A stretch of DNA of 64,000 nucleotides from a virus, in IMG/VR virus record IMGVR_UViG_3300047564_002270, positions 1-64,000 of that record; one strand, 5' to 3'. A program made the translations under genes and the position numbers. The stretch's first letter is position 1, and every line of letters begins with the position of its first letter. The notes under the pieces were generated by a model. It was not told where the DNA came from and searched no databases. It saw nothing but the letters and a program-made list of their open reading frames with translations. Below, one piece after another: positions 36,708 through 44,264 of this stretch.

Positions 36708-37313
36708 ATGTCTATGGATGATTATGATAGACAACTTATAGAGCTAAATGCTCTTCTTACTGCTGCCAGAAGTCACGGAACCCAAGAGCAGGTGGATTTT
36801 GCTTTGCAAAATATTCAAAAGGCCCTGGGAAATGAGACTCCAAACGGTGGAACAAACATTTCTAATATTACTGTAAATGTCGAAGATGATGATTGCGATG
36901 ATGTGTGCCCACCTGGTCCTCCTGGGCCACCTGGGCCTCCTGGTCCTCCAGGTGAACCAGGACCTCCCGGTCCTCCAGGTGAGCAGGGACCTCCTGGTCC
37001 TCAAGGACCGATAGGAATTTGCAGTTGTAAATGCTCCACACGCCTTGTAACTACCAATTACACGGCAACCTGTGATGATTACTATATTGGAGTTAAATCT
37101 GATGGTCCAGTGACGATTTCACTGCCAGAAGAATGTACCGATTGCTGCGAATTAATTATCAAAGCAGAAATGGGACCTCCTCTTGGAAATAGGAAAGTTA
37201 CTGTTCAGGCAACAGGTGCCAGTTATATTGATGGCACAGACAAATATGTTATAGAAGTCCCGTATCAATCTGTGAATATTATTTGTAGAGATGGAGATTG
37301 GCACATCATCTAA
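36708..37313 (+). CDS. Cys-rich collagen-like protein
   Basis: 12 G-X-Y triplets (7 GPP) flanked by CDDVC and CSCKC; C-terminal domain shared with the next gene. Confidence 0.85.
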   Translation: MSMDDYDRQLIELNALLTAARSHGTQEQVDFALQNIQKALGNETPNGGTNISNITVNVEDDDCDDVCPPGPPGPPGPPGPPGEPGPPGPPGEQGPPGPQGPIGICSCKCSTRLVTTNYTATCDDYYIGVKSDGPVTISLPEECTDCCELIIKAEMGPPLGNRKVTVQATGASYIDGTDKYVIEVPYQSVNIICRDGDWHII

Positions 37314-37322
37314 GGAGAAAAA

Positions 37323-37934
37323 ATGGCTTACTTAGCACAACCTACCTCAAAGACAGAATATGGTGTTGTGGGTGTTGGTAGTTTTATCAATGTTCTTGAT
37401 GGGTTTATTTCTTTAGAACAAGATGTATCACCTACTAGTGTTGTATCTTTTTCTCAGGTTAATGTTGGAAATAAAGATGTAGTTACTTCAGTAAATCCAG
37501 TTGCTGGAGATGGCATCTCAATTACCGATTTAGTTTCGATAGGAAACACAGTTGGATTTGCGGTTTCAAATATAGGTGTTCTATCTTTATCTGCCGGTTC
37601 TGGAATTTCAATTTCCAATACCACCGGAAATATTACAATCTCGGCATCTGGTGCAGACCTGATTGCTACGATTGGAGTTACTGGTGCTTATACTGCAACT
37701 GCAAGTGATGAATATATTGGCGTTTTCAGTGCCTCTGCAGTCACAATTACTCTTCCCATTGGAATTACTGGAAGAGTTTATACAATTAAAGATGAATATG
37801 GTCAGGGATCTGGAAAGATTACAATTAAACCTTCTGGAGCAGAAAAGGTTGATAATTCAAATACTTATGTAATATCGGTGCCGTATCAATCGGTATCGGT
37901 GGTATTTCGTGGCGGACAATGGAGAATTATTTAA
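37323..37934 (+). CDS. fibre-like structural protein, paralogous C-terminal domain to 36708
   Basis: AGDGISI/AGSGISI repeats; YTAT..YIGV..TLP..IK.E..VPYQSV..W.II. Confidence 0.75.
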   Translation: MAYLAQPTSKTEYGVVGVGSFINVLDGFISLEQDVSPTSVVSFSQVNVGNKDVVTSVNPVAGDGISITDLVSIGNTVGFAVSNIGVLSLSAGSGISISNTTGNITISASGADLIATIGVTGAYTATASDEYIGVFSASAVTITLPIGITGRVYTIKDEYGQGSGKITIKPSGAEKVDNSNTYVISVPYQSVSVVFRGGQWRII

Positions 37935-38680
37935 ATCTAAACTTTAAAGTCAGAAAATCACCTTCGGAAGAAAGTGATCTAATCTATAAGAGCGATAATA
38001 CAAAATGTATTCAAGAAATCGCTGACCTAAGACAGTGGGATACTCTTGTAGAAAATCAGGGAACCTTAAGTGCTTGTAGTGGTTCTGCCATTACAAGTGC
38101 CTATGAACTGATGGTAAAGCAATTGTATCCAGAACAGTCTGTGGAATTAAGTGATTTGTTTGTTTATTACAATGCTCGCTTGAATGAAGGAACAGTCAAT
38201 CGGGATATTGGAATTTACGTTAAGACTGGTATGAGTGTTCTAAAAGAATATGGTGTTTGCTCTGAAGATCTATGGCCTTATGATTTAGAAATGTGGGATG
38301 ATAAACCTCCCAATATTGCTTATGATGATGCTGAAAAAAGAAAAATTTTACAGTATCAAAAAGTAACCAGCACATATTATCTCACTGAAGTGTTGAGTGA
38401 CAACAAACCAGTTGTTTTCGGTATGGAAATATATGATAGTTTTATGGAATTAGATAACCGTATTTCGACTGTGCCATTCCCTTCACGTAAGGAAAAAAGT
38501 CAAGGTGGACACGCAATGTGTATGGTTGGTTACGACCTAGAAAAAAGACTTTTTCTTGCGAAGAATAGTTTTGGAACCAATTGGGGAATGGAAGGGTATT
38601 GTTGGGTCCCTTTTGATTACCTTAAACAGGAAGGATACGATGCGTGGATATTTGATATTCCACCCCAAGTAGGAACCTAA
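37919..38680 (+). CDS. papain-like (C1 family) cysteine protease
   Basis: NQGTLSAC (Gln, Cys), GGHAMCMVGY (His), KNSFGTNWG (Asn). Confidence 0.9.
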   Translation: MENYLNLNFKVRKSPSEESDLIYKSDNTKCIQEIADLRQWDTLVENQGTLSACSGSAITSAYELMVKQLYPEQSVELSDLFVYYNARLNEGTVNRDIGIYVKTGMSVLKEYGVCSEDLWPYDLEMWDDKPPNIAYDDAEKRKILQYQKVTSTYYLTEVLSDNKPVVFGMEIYDSFMELDNRISTVPFPSRKEKSQGGHAMCMVGYDLEKRLFLAKNSFGTNWGMEGYCWVPFDYLKQEGYDAWIFDIPPQVGT

Positions 38681-38681
38681 A

Positions 38682-38831
38682 ATGTACGACTATTACCGAC
38701 CCTATGACTACTACCGTCCGTATGGATATGGATATCATAGGTATTATGATTCTTGTTGTTATAGACCTTGGTATTATGGACCATATTCGTATAGTTCATA
38801 TCCTTTTTATCCTTACAGACCTTATTACTAA
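38682..38831 (+). CDS. 49-aa Tyr-rich peptide (21 Tyr)
   Basis: hand translation MYDYYRPYDYYRPYGYGYHRYYDSCCYRPWYYGPYSYSSYPFYPYRPYY; AGGA upstream. Confidence 0.7.
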   Translation: MYDYYRPYDYYRPYGYGYHRYYDSCCYRPWYYGPYSYSSYPFYPYRPYY

Positions 38832-38851
38832 CAATTTAAATGGAGGAAATT

Positions 38852-39121
38852 ATGTTCACCCCCTACTATCCCTATAATAGGAATTATTATCAACCTTATA
38901 TGCCATATAGGCCCTATAGTCCTTATAATGGTTATTATCCAATATCTTCTTATAACTACATGAGAAATCAAATAGCTCAGAACTATCAGAGCATTTATAA
39001 CAGTGGATATATGACTGATGTCATTCAAAGTTCTGATATTAATCAAGTTGGTGCTGGATGTACAGTACCAATTCCTGGAGAACCTCCAGTTCCCCCGATA
39101 GAACCAATTCCAGTTATTTGA
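38852..39121 (+). CDS. Tyr/Pro-rich small protein
   Basis: GGAGG RBS; PYYPY..PY repeats; Pro-rich C-terminus. Confidence 0.7.
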   Translation: MFTPYYPYNRNYYQPYMPYRPYSPYNGYYPISSYNYMRNQIAQNYQSIYNSGYMTDVIQSSDINQVGAGCTVPIPGEPPVPPIEPIPVI

Positions 39122-39134
39122 AAGGTGATCTATT

Positions 39135-39557
39135 ATGGGATTTGGTATAACGAATAAACAAATTGCAGTTCTTGAATCTAGATTTCAATTTTATGAAAAT
39201 CTATCAAAAGAAATGTTGTACAAGTTAGAAAAAGCAGTAGATAGGATTACCGAGAGTAATCATACTGTTGCTATTATTCTTGAACGGCATGAAAATAGAT
39301 TAGACAGTACCGCACAATCAACTGAGTTAATTATCAAAATGATTGATGAGGTGCGTAAATCTGTTGATAAAAAAATAAATTTAGTTGAAAAAAAGATTGA
39401 AGATGTTTCTAGAATAAAATGGATGATTGTTGGTGTTGGAATGGCATCGGCAATTCTAGCAACTTCAATTTCTACTTTGGCATCTGGATGGTGGACTCCA
39501 GGTGAATTGGGATACAAAATGCAACACAAGTACGTTCCAACAGAAAAATCAAAATAA
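39135..39557 (+). CDS. coiled-coil protein with C-terminal TM helix (paralogue of 22961..23386)
   Basis: QIAVLESRF..HENRLD..KWMIVG..STLASGWWTP. Confidence 0.72.
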   Translation: MGFGITNKQIAVLESRFQFYENLSKEMLYKLEKAVDRITESNHTVAIILERHENRLDSTAQSTELIIKMIDEVRKSVDKKINLVEKKIEDVSRIKWMIVGVGMASAILATSISTLASGWWTPGELGYKMQHKYVPTEKSK

Positions 39558-39603
39558 CGTAGCACCATCAGTTGCTTGATATAAATAATAACAAAAAAGT
39601 ATA

Positions 39604-40038
39604 ATGGAAACACTGTACAAACTATTGAGTGATGCTCAGTCATCACTCTTTGTTCTTTTTCATAAGACCTGGGTATTTCATTGGAATGTAGTTGGCAAAG
39701 ATTTCACACAACTACATCAACTGTTTGGTGGTCAATACGAAGCAATGTTTAGTGAGATTGATAGACTTTCAGAACATATGAGATACTTGAATGTTAAACC
39801 TTTGAGTTCTCTTTCAAGAATGCTTGAAGTAACTCAAATTCAAGAAGCAGCAAGTTCTACAACAGCAGACAAAATGCTTTCAGAACTTCTGGAAAATAAT
39901 GAAAAGTTCTGTGAAATGTTAAAAGAAATTTCCGAAGAAGCAGAAGAGCAAAAGTCTTATGCCACTGCTAATCTGGTTCAAGATCTAATGGAGTCTCACG
40001 GTAAATTTATTTGGCAATTAAGAGCACACTCCCAATGA
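39604..40038 (+). CDS. dps: Dps/ferritin-like DNA protection protein
   Basis: FHWNVVG.DF.QLHQLF..QY..IDRLSE; HGKFIWQL. Confidence 0.9.
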   Translation: METLYKLLSDAQSSLFVLFHKTWVFHWNVVGKDFTQLHQLFGGQYEAMFSEIDRLSEHMRYLNVKPLSSLSRMLEVTQIQEAASSTTADKMLSELLENNEKFCEMLKEISEEAEEQKSYATANLVQDLMESHGKFIWQLRAHSQ

Positions 40039-40190
40039 AAAAAACATTTAAACAATTTAAACAAACAGCATATGCTGGTTCAAAACCTCATACTGTGTAT
40101 AACCCTACTACTGGTAAAAAGACACATATAGAGGCAGGAAAAGCAATGGCAAAACGTTCTTCATCAAGTGCTGGTGGAGACGGGCAATAA
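40035..40190 (+). CDS. 51-aa basic peptide
   Basis: MKKTFKQFKQ.. resembles a capsid-targeting N-terminus. Confidence 0.5.
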   Translation: MKKTFKQFKQTAYAGSKPHTVYNPTTGKKTHIEAGKAMAKRSSSSAGGDGQ

Positions 40191-40216
40191 ATAAACACTT
40201 ATAAGATGATAAAAAA

Positions 40217-40474
40217 ATGGAAAACTTAAGAATTAGATGTCGTTCCTGTAATAAGGAATTAGAGGGGCATCCTACTAAAACTGTGACATGTGGTTGTTCA
40301 AATATGGCAACCATCCGTGGAGGAGTCATTTCAGGAGTTGACTTATCCAATGTGGTTATGCTAAACTCTATGAATACCAAAACAAAATCTGGTGTTCTCT
40401 CAAACGAGGACATTGCCTGGCAAGAGGCAAGAAGACAACGTAAAGTTCGTAGATTAGATTTTGAAGTCCGATGA
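40217..40474 (+). CDS. Zn-ribbon hypothetical protein
   Basis: CRSC..CGCSN; RRKVRRLDFEVR-like C-terminus. Confidence 0.65.
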   Translation: MENLRIRCRSCNKELEGHPTKTVTCGCSNMATIRGGVISGVDLSNVVMLNSMNTKTKSGVLSNEDIAWQEARRQRKVRRLDFEVR

Positions 40475-40504
40475 GTATAAATAATACCAGTATACTAAAC
40501 TGGT

Positions 40505-40891
40505 ATGTTTGAAAATTTACCTCCAGTAACTCAAGGGTCGTTAGGTTTATCTTATGCTATTGCCTATCTGACTAAAAAAGGTTATAATGTCTCTGTTCCT
40601 TTAGTTGATAATCAAAGTTATGATTTGGTTTGTGAAGTTGATAGTGAATTAAAAAAAGTTCAAGTTAAGACCACAAGGTTCAAACAAAATTCTAATTACT
40701 GTATTCAACTAAAATCAGTTAGAGCAAATAGAACCGAAAACAATATACATAAATTTAATAATAAAGCATCAGATTATTTACTTGCTGTTACTGAAGTGGG
40801 TGATATTTATTTTATTCCTACCTCAGATATTGTGGCAAAAAACTCATTGTCTTTAGGACCAAAATATGAGTCCTATAAAGATAAATTATAA
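40505..40891 (+). CDS. PD-(D/E)XK homing endonuclease (I-Ssp6803I-like fold)
   Basis: VSVP..DNQSYDLV..KVQVKT; stop codon abuts tRNA-Ser. Confidence 0.78.
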   Translation: MFENLPPVTQGSLGLSYAIAYLTKKGYNVSVPLVDNQSYDLVCEVDSELKKVQVKTTRFKQNSNYCIQLKSVRANRTENNIHKFNNKASDYLLAVTEVGDIYFIPTSDIVAKNSLSLGPKYESYKDKL

Positions 40892-40978
40892 GGAAGGTCA
40901 ATCCGATTGGCGACGGAACCGCTCTTGAAAAGCGTTGAGGTGTTAAAGCCCTTGGGAGTTCGACTCTCCCACCTTCCG
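40892..40978 (+). tRNA. tRNA-Ser(UGA)
   Basis: long variable arm; loop CTTGAAA. Confidence 0.9.
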
Positions 40979-41087
40979 TTTTACTTAAGATTTAACAATT
41001 TTTTGAACTATGTTACAGTATGAACACAAACTTGACTTCTGAGACATATAAGTTATTATAACTAATACAATCAATCAAAAATTTCAT

Positions 41088-41237
41088 ATGGATCAACACA
41101 CCTATGATAATTGGGTGAAGATCAAAGAAACCTTTGAAACTTCTGGTAATACAAATAATATGTTTTACAAGAGAGCAGTTGAAATTGTAAAAACCAGAAG
41201 AGATCCTTTAGCAAAATTCCTTGGCGATGAAAAATGA
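41088..41237 (+). CDS. 49-aa conserved cyanobacterial/cyanophage-type small protein
   Basis: MDQHTYDNWVKIKETFE.SG.T.NMFYKRA. Confidence 0.6.
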   Translation: MDQHTYDNWVKIKETFETSGNTNNMFYKRAVEIVKTRRDPLAKFLGDEK

Positions 41238-41437
41238 TGGAACCAGGTGATGAATTTATAAGTCGTGAAGAAGTTCAGGAGATGATTGATGCTGCTATCA
41301 GAAGACACAACCGTAATGCTTCTATCATTAGTATGTGCGTCGGTTGGGTGGTTCTTTCTTTATTTGCTGAGGGACTTTTGAGATTGATAGGAGTTATTCC
41401 ACCTTTAATGCCATGGCTTAAAATCACTTTAAACTAA
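41234..41437 (+). CDS. small membrane protein
   Basis: EVQEMIDAAIRRHNRNA followed by a TM segment. Confidence 0.6.
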   Translation: MMEPGDEFISREEVQEMIDAAIRRHNRNASIISMCVGWVVLSLFAEGLLRLIGVIPPLMPWLKITLN

Positions 41438-41550
41438 TGGTTCAAATTTCAGAAAAAGATTTAAAAGAATTACAACAAAGAGTCCTTCAGCAAAAAATGG
41501 ATGAACTCTTTGAAGAACCTTCAACTTACGAGGATGAAGAAGATGAGTAA
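41437..41550 (+). CDS. 37-aa acidic peptide
   Basis: TAATG-coupled to the previous ORF; ELFEEPSTYEDE. Confidence 0.5.
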   Translation: MVQISEKDLKELQQRVLQQKMDELFEEPSTYEDEEDE

Positions 41551-41615
41551 ATTAATTTATACCTCAATGACTATTTTCGGTCTTACAGGTCTTTTTATTT
41601 TCTGGAGTCTCAATC

Positions 41616-41816
41616 ATGCATATCTTCGATAAACAAAGATATGCTTTTGCAATGTCTGCTTTTGTGAGAATGCATGGGTATTCTGTTTCTCATAATCATG
41701 ATATTAGACAGTTTTGTATTGAATGGTCTGGTTGGGATGTTTATGCTCCTTTAACGGGGCTTGATGAGGTTGATCAGTATTTTTATTACGAATATAAGAA
41801 TTGGAGAGGGAGATGA
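41616..41816 (+). CDS. hypothetical protein
   Basis: 66-aa ORF. Confidence 0.5.
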   Translation: MHIFDKQRYAFAMSAFVRMHGYSVSHNHDIRQFCIEWSGWDVYAPLTGLDEVDQYFYYEYKNWRGR

Positions 41817-41937
41817 TATTTTATATTGTAGAAACACTTGCAGCGAGTCCAGTTTGGTTGTTTATGTGTGGTATGGGGTTGACAGTGGTTCCTTTTATTG
41901 GTATAATGTTCATACACCGAAATAAATAAACGTGTAA

Positions 41938-42011
41938 CGGGGTGTAGCGCAGTTTGGTAGCGCATCCGCTTTGGGAGCGGGAGGTCGTAGGTTCGAATCC
42001 TATCACCCCGA
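41938..42011 (+). tRNA. tRNA-Pro(UGG), second copy
   Basis: cloverleaf; loop TTTGGGA; TTGACA/TATAAT promoter upstream. Confidence 0.92.
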
Positions 42012-42048
42012 TTGTCTTATGACATTTAGACATTATTGGCTTGAATTT

Positions 42049-42624
42049 ATGAGTGAACATAAAATTGCTAAATCTGCTGGACACTATGAGGAAGTTATTC
42101 CAGATGAGTTGATGGACTTGATTGTCAAGGAAGTAGAAAGTATTGATTATGAAGTTTTTTCAGAAGCCAGTATTGGAGATTCTGGAAGTTCTATTGTGGA
42201 AACTAAAACAAGAAATTCCAAGATCACTTGGTGGTATGAAGAACATTGGGTTTGTTCTATTTTTTCTCATTACTTTAATAAGGCAAATAGAGAGTTCTGG
42301 GAATATGATTTGACTTACTTGTCAGGTATTCAGGTGACGAGTTATGATGTTGGAGAGCATTATGGGTGGCACGCAGACTACGGAAATCCAGATGATTCAA
42401 ATCATACCCGTAAATTAAGTGCCACTTTACTTGTAAATGATCCTTCTGAATATGAAGGTGGAGATCTTGAATTTATTGATTATCATGGAAGAACTCTTGT
42501 TGCCCCTAGGGTGAAAGGAACTATGATTATCTTTGATTCTAGAATTCCTCATAGAGTAACTCCTGTAACTAAAGGAAAAAGAATTTCTTTAGTTTCTTGG
42601 ATGCTTGGTCCTAAACTTCGATAA
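42049..42624 (+). CDS. 2OG-Fe(II) oxygenase
   Basis: WHAD, RKLS, YEGG, HRVTPV and RISLVSW. Confidence 0.88.
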   Translation: MSEHKIAKSAGHYEEVIPDELMDLIVKEVESIDYEVFSEASIGDSGSSIVETKTRNSKITWWYEEHWVCSIFSHYFNKANREFWEYDLTYLSGIQVTSYDVGEHYGWHADYGNPDDSNHTRKLSATLLVNDPSEYEGGDLEFIDYHGRTLVAPRVKGTMIIFDSRIPHRVTPVTKGKRISLVSWMLGPKLR

Positions 42625-42645
42625 ATTATAAATTAAGTTGTAGAT

Positions 42646-42873
42646 ATGGAAAACATTTCACCCACGATGGAAAAATTTAACGTAGAATATTTCCAGCAAA
42701 ATTTTGACGAAATCATGGAAAGAGTTGATAATGGTGAGACCTTTATTGTTCAAAGTGAATATGGGAATGCTATGTTAGTTCCATATAAAGATGTTGTAGA
42801 TGTGTTTGAAGACTCTAGAGTTTCTGAAGAAGATTTTACAAGACTTTACAGAGACCACGAAGAAGCCCCTTGA
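42646..42873 (+). CDS. Phd/YefM antitoxin-like protein (no adjacent toxin seen)
   Basis: FQQNFDEIMERVDNGETFIV..AMLVP pattern. Confidence 0.55.
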   Translation: MENISPTMEKFNVEYFQQNFDEIMERVDNGETFIVQSEYGNAMLVPYKDVVDVFEDSRVSEEDFTRLYRDHEEAP

Positions 42874-42912
42874 CAAAGCGTTTCAGATCCGCTATTATAG
42901 ATCTGAACCTAA

Positions 42913-43000
42913 GCGAGTGAGACTTGGTAGTCAGAGGAGTCTTATAAACTCTTTCCGCCAGATTAGCGGCTTTGACCTGGTTCGAATCCAGGCACTCGTA
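42913..43000 (+). tRNA. atypical tRNA with UAU anticodon, long variable arm and 4-nt D-loop
   Basis: acceptor GCGAGTG/CACTCGT; D arm GACT-TGGT-AGTC; anticodon arm GGAGT-CTTATAA-ACTCT; T arm CCTGG-TTCGAAT-CCAGG. Confidence 0.75.
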
Positions 43001-43046
43001 TTACTCATAACTTTCATAAATAGTTATGAGTTATTTAAAACTTAAT

Positions 43047-43421
43047 ATGCCCAGAAAAAGAAAAACTTCTGCCGATTGTGATATAATACGAGAGTATCAA
43101 CGCAATTGGTTAAGAGATAAACTTAAAAGCGACCCAGAATACAGGGAACGACATTACGCAAACCGACAAAATAGAGCAAAACAAAATAAAGAAAATCTCA
43201 CAAAGTTAAAAGAAAATATTTGTTGCTCTGCTTGTGGTGAATATCATCCAGCATGTTGTATGGATTATCATCATTTAGACCCAAATATAAAAGAAAAAGG
43301 TGTATCACAAATGATACAGGGAAATTCTTGGAAAAAAATTCAAGAAGAAATTTCTAAATGTATTTTAGTTTGTGCAAATTGTCATAGAAAAATTCACGAA
43401 GGACTTATTACGCTCGTTTAG
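43047..43421 (+). CDS. HNH homing endonuclease
   Basis: CSACG..DYHHLDP..KCILVCANCHRKIH. Confidence 0.88.
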   Translation: MPRKRKTSADCDIIREYQRNWLRDKLKSDPEYRERHYANRQNRAKQNKENLTKLKENICCSACGEYHPACCMDYHHLDPNIKEKGVSQMIQGNSWKKIQEEISKCILVCANCHRKIHEGLITLV

Positions 43422-43485
43422 CCATCTGGAGAAGGCAGCGTTCTCATAAAGCGCCATCAGGAGAGTTCGATCCTCTCAACGAGCA
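43412..43485 (+). tRNA. tRNA-Met or Ile2 (CAU)
   Basis: cloverleaf; loop CTCATAA. Confidence 0.85.
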
Positions 43486-43562
43486 TAAGGACACTTCCGA
43501 AAGCGTCCTACTTGACTTCTCTAAGTCAAACCCTTATAATACTAAGGTCAACATTCAAAACA

Positions 43563-43778
43563 ATGACTCTCACTTCTAAATTTAAGAAAGACGTTCAGAC
43601 CCTTCGCGGTGCTGCAAATGGCGATTTCTATCTTGACGTAAAGAATCCAAAACTCTTTAAAAAAGTTCGTCGTTTTTATGAGCAAGAAGGTGTAGTATTC
43701 TCTGGTGATCCACTTGATGACTATGAAATGCTTATGGAATATGTCCTTGCCGATCTAGAATCCGTTGAGGTTGCATGA
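43563..43778 (+). CDS. conserved cyanophage hypothetical protein
   Basis: early promoter TTGACT/TATAAT; LDVKNPKLFKKVRRFY. Confidence 0.7.
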   Translation: MTLTSKFKKDVQTLRGAANGDFYLDVKNPKLFKKVRRFYEQEGVVFSGDPLDDYEMLMEYVLADLESVEVA

Positions 43779-44017
43779 CAAAAGTTCTTTTAGAACGTGA
43801 AGAATACCGATTTGTTGAAGTTGGTATTATTGAGATAAACGGTAAACCTGATTACCGTCTTCAAAAGAAAAATGAATATACAAAACGATGGAATGACATC
43901 TATCTCTTTGATAATCAAATGCAGTGTTTGACTGCTATGGAAGACCATCAATATGCCCGTTGGTTAGATCCAGATAGAGTTCCTTGTTATATTAAAGATG
44001 ATGGGGATGAAGAATAG
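43775..44017 (+). CDS. conserved cyanophage hypothetical protein
   Basis: NGKPDYRLQ..WNDIYLFDNQMQC. Confidence 0.7.
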   Translation: MTKVLLEREEYRFVEVGIIEINGKPDYRLQKKNEYTKRWNDIYLFDNQMQCLTAMEDHQYARWLDPDRVPCYIKDDGDEE

Positions 44018-44203
44018 TCTCGGAAAGACTTAAAACCTGCCCTGGTCGGGAGCAAACCCCTTAGTCACGGATGGACTATAACAGAACTGGTGGAGTCAAG
44101 TATGACCCTATTATGAGTTTCCAGTTTCTCTAAAGAACTGGTGGTGCGGATGGGGTAACCCCGCCTGGTTTCCAATTTCCAGTTAAAGAATTGGTGGCGC
44201 GTG
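44016..44203 (+). ncRNA. manA/wcaG-type structured RNA(s)
   Basis: two AGTCnCGGAnnGACT..CTGGT.GG units, then two TTTCCA..AAAGAAyTGGTGGyGCG units; upstream of ManA-like, gmd and fcl genes. Confidence 0.7.
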
Positions 44204-44264
44204 TAAAGTAGGTTTATACATAAGAGGAGAATAATTCTCCTCTTTTTTTGTATTTGAAATTTGT

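Noticed and set aside
36905-37020. GGNCCNCCN tandem DNA repeats as a CRISPR array or VNTR
   Set aside because: They are collagen codons. No repeat-spacer array was seen anywhere in the window.
41012-41027. TGT-N10-ACA as an NtcA site
   Set aside because: It does not match GTA-N8-TAC and is too weak to call.
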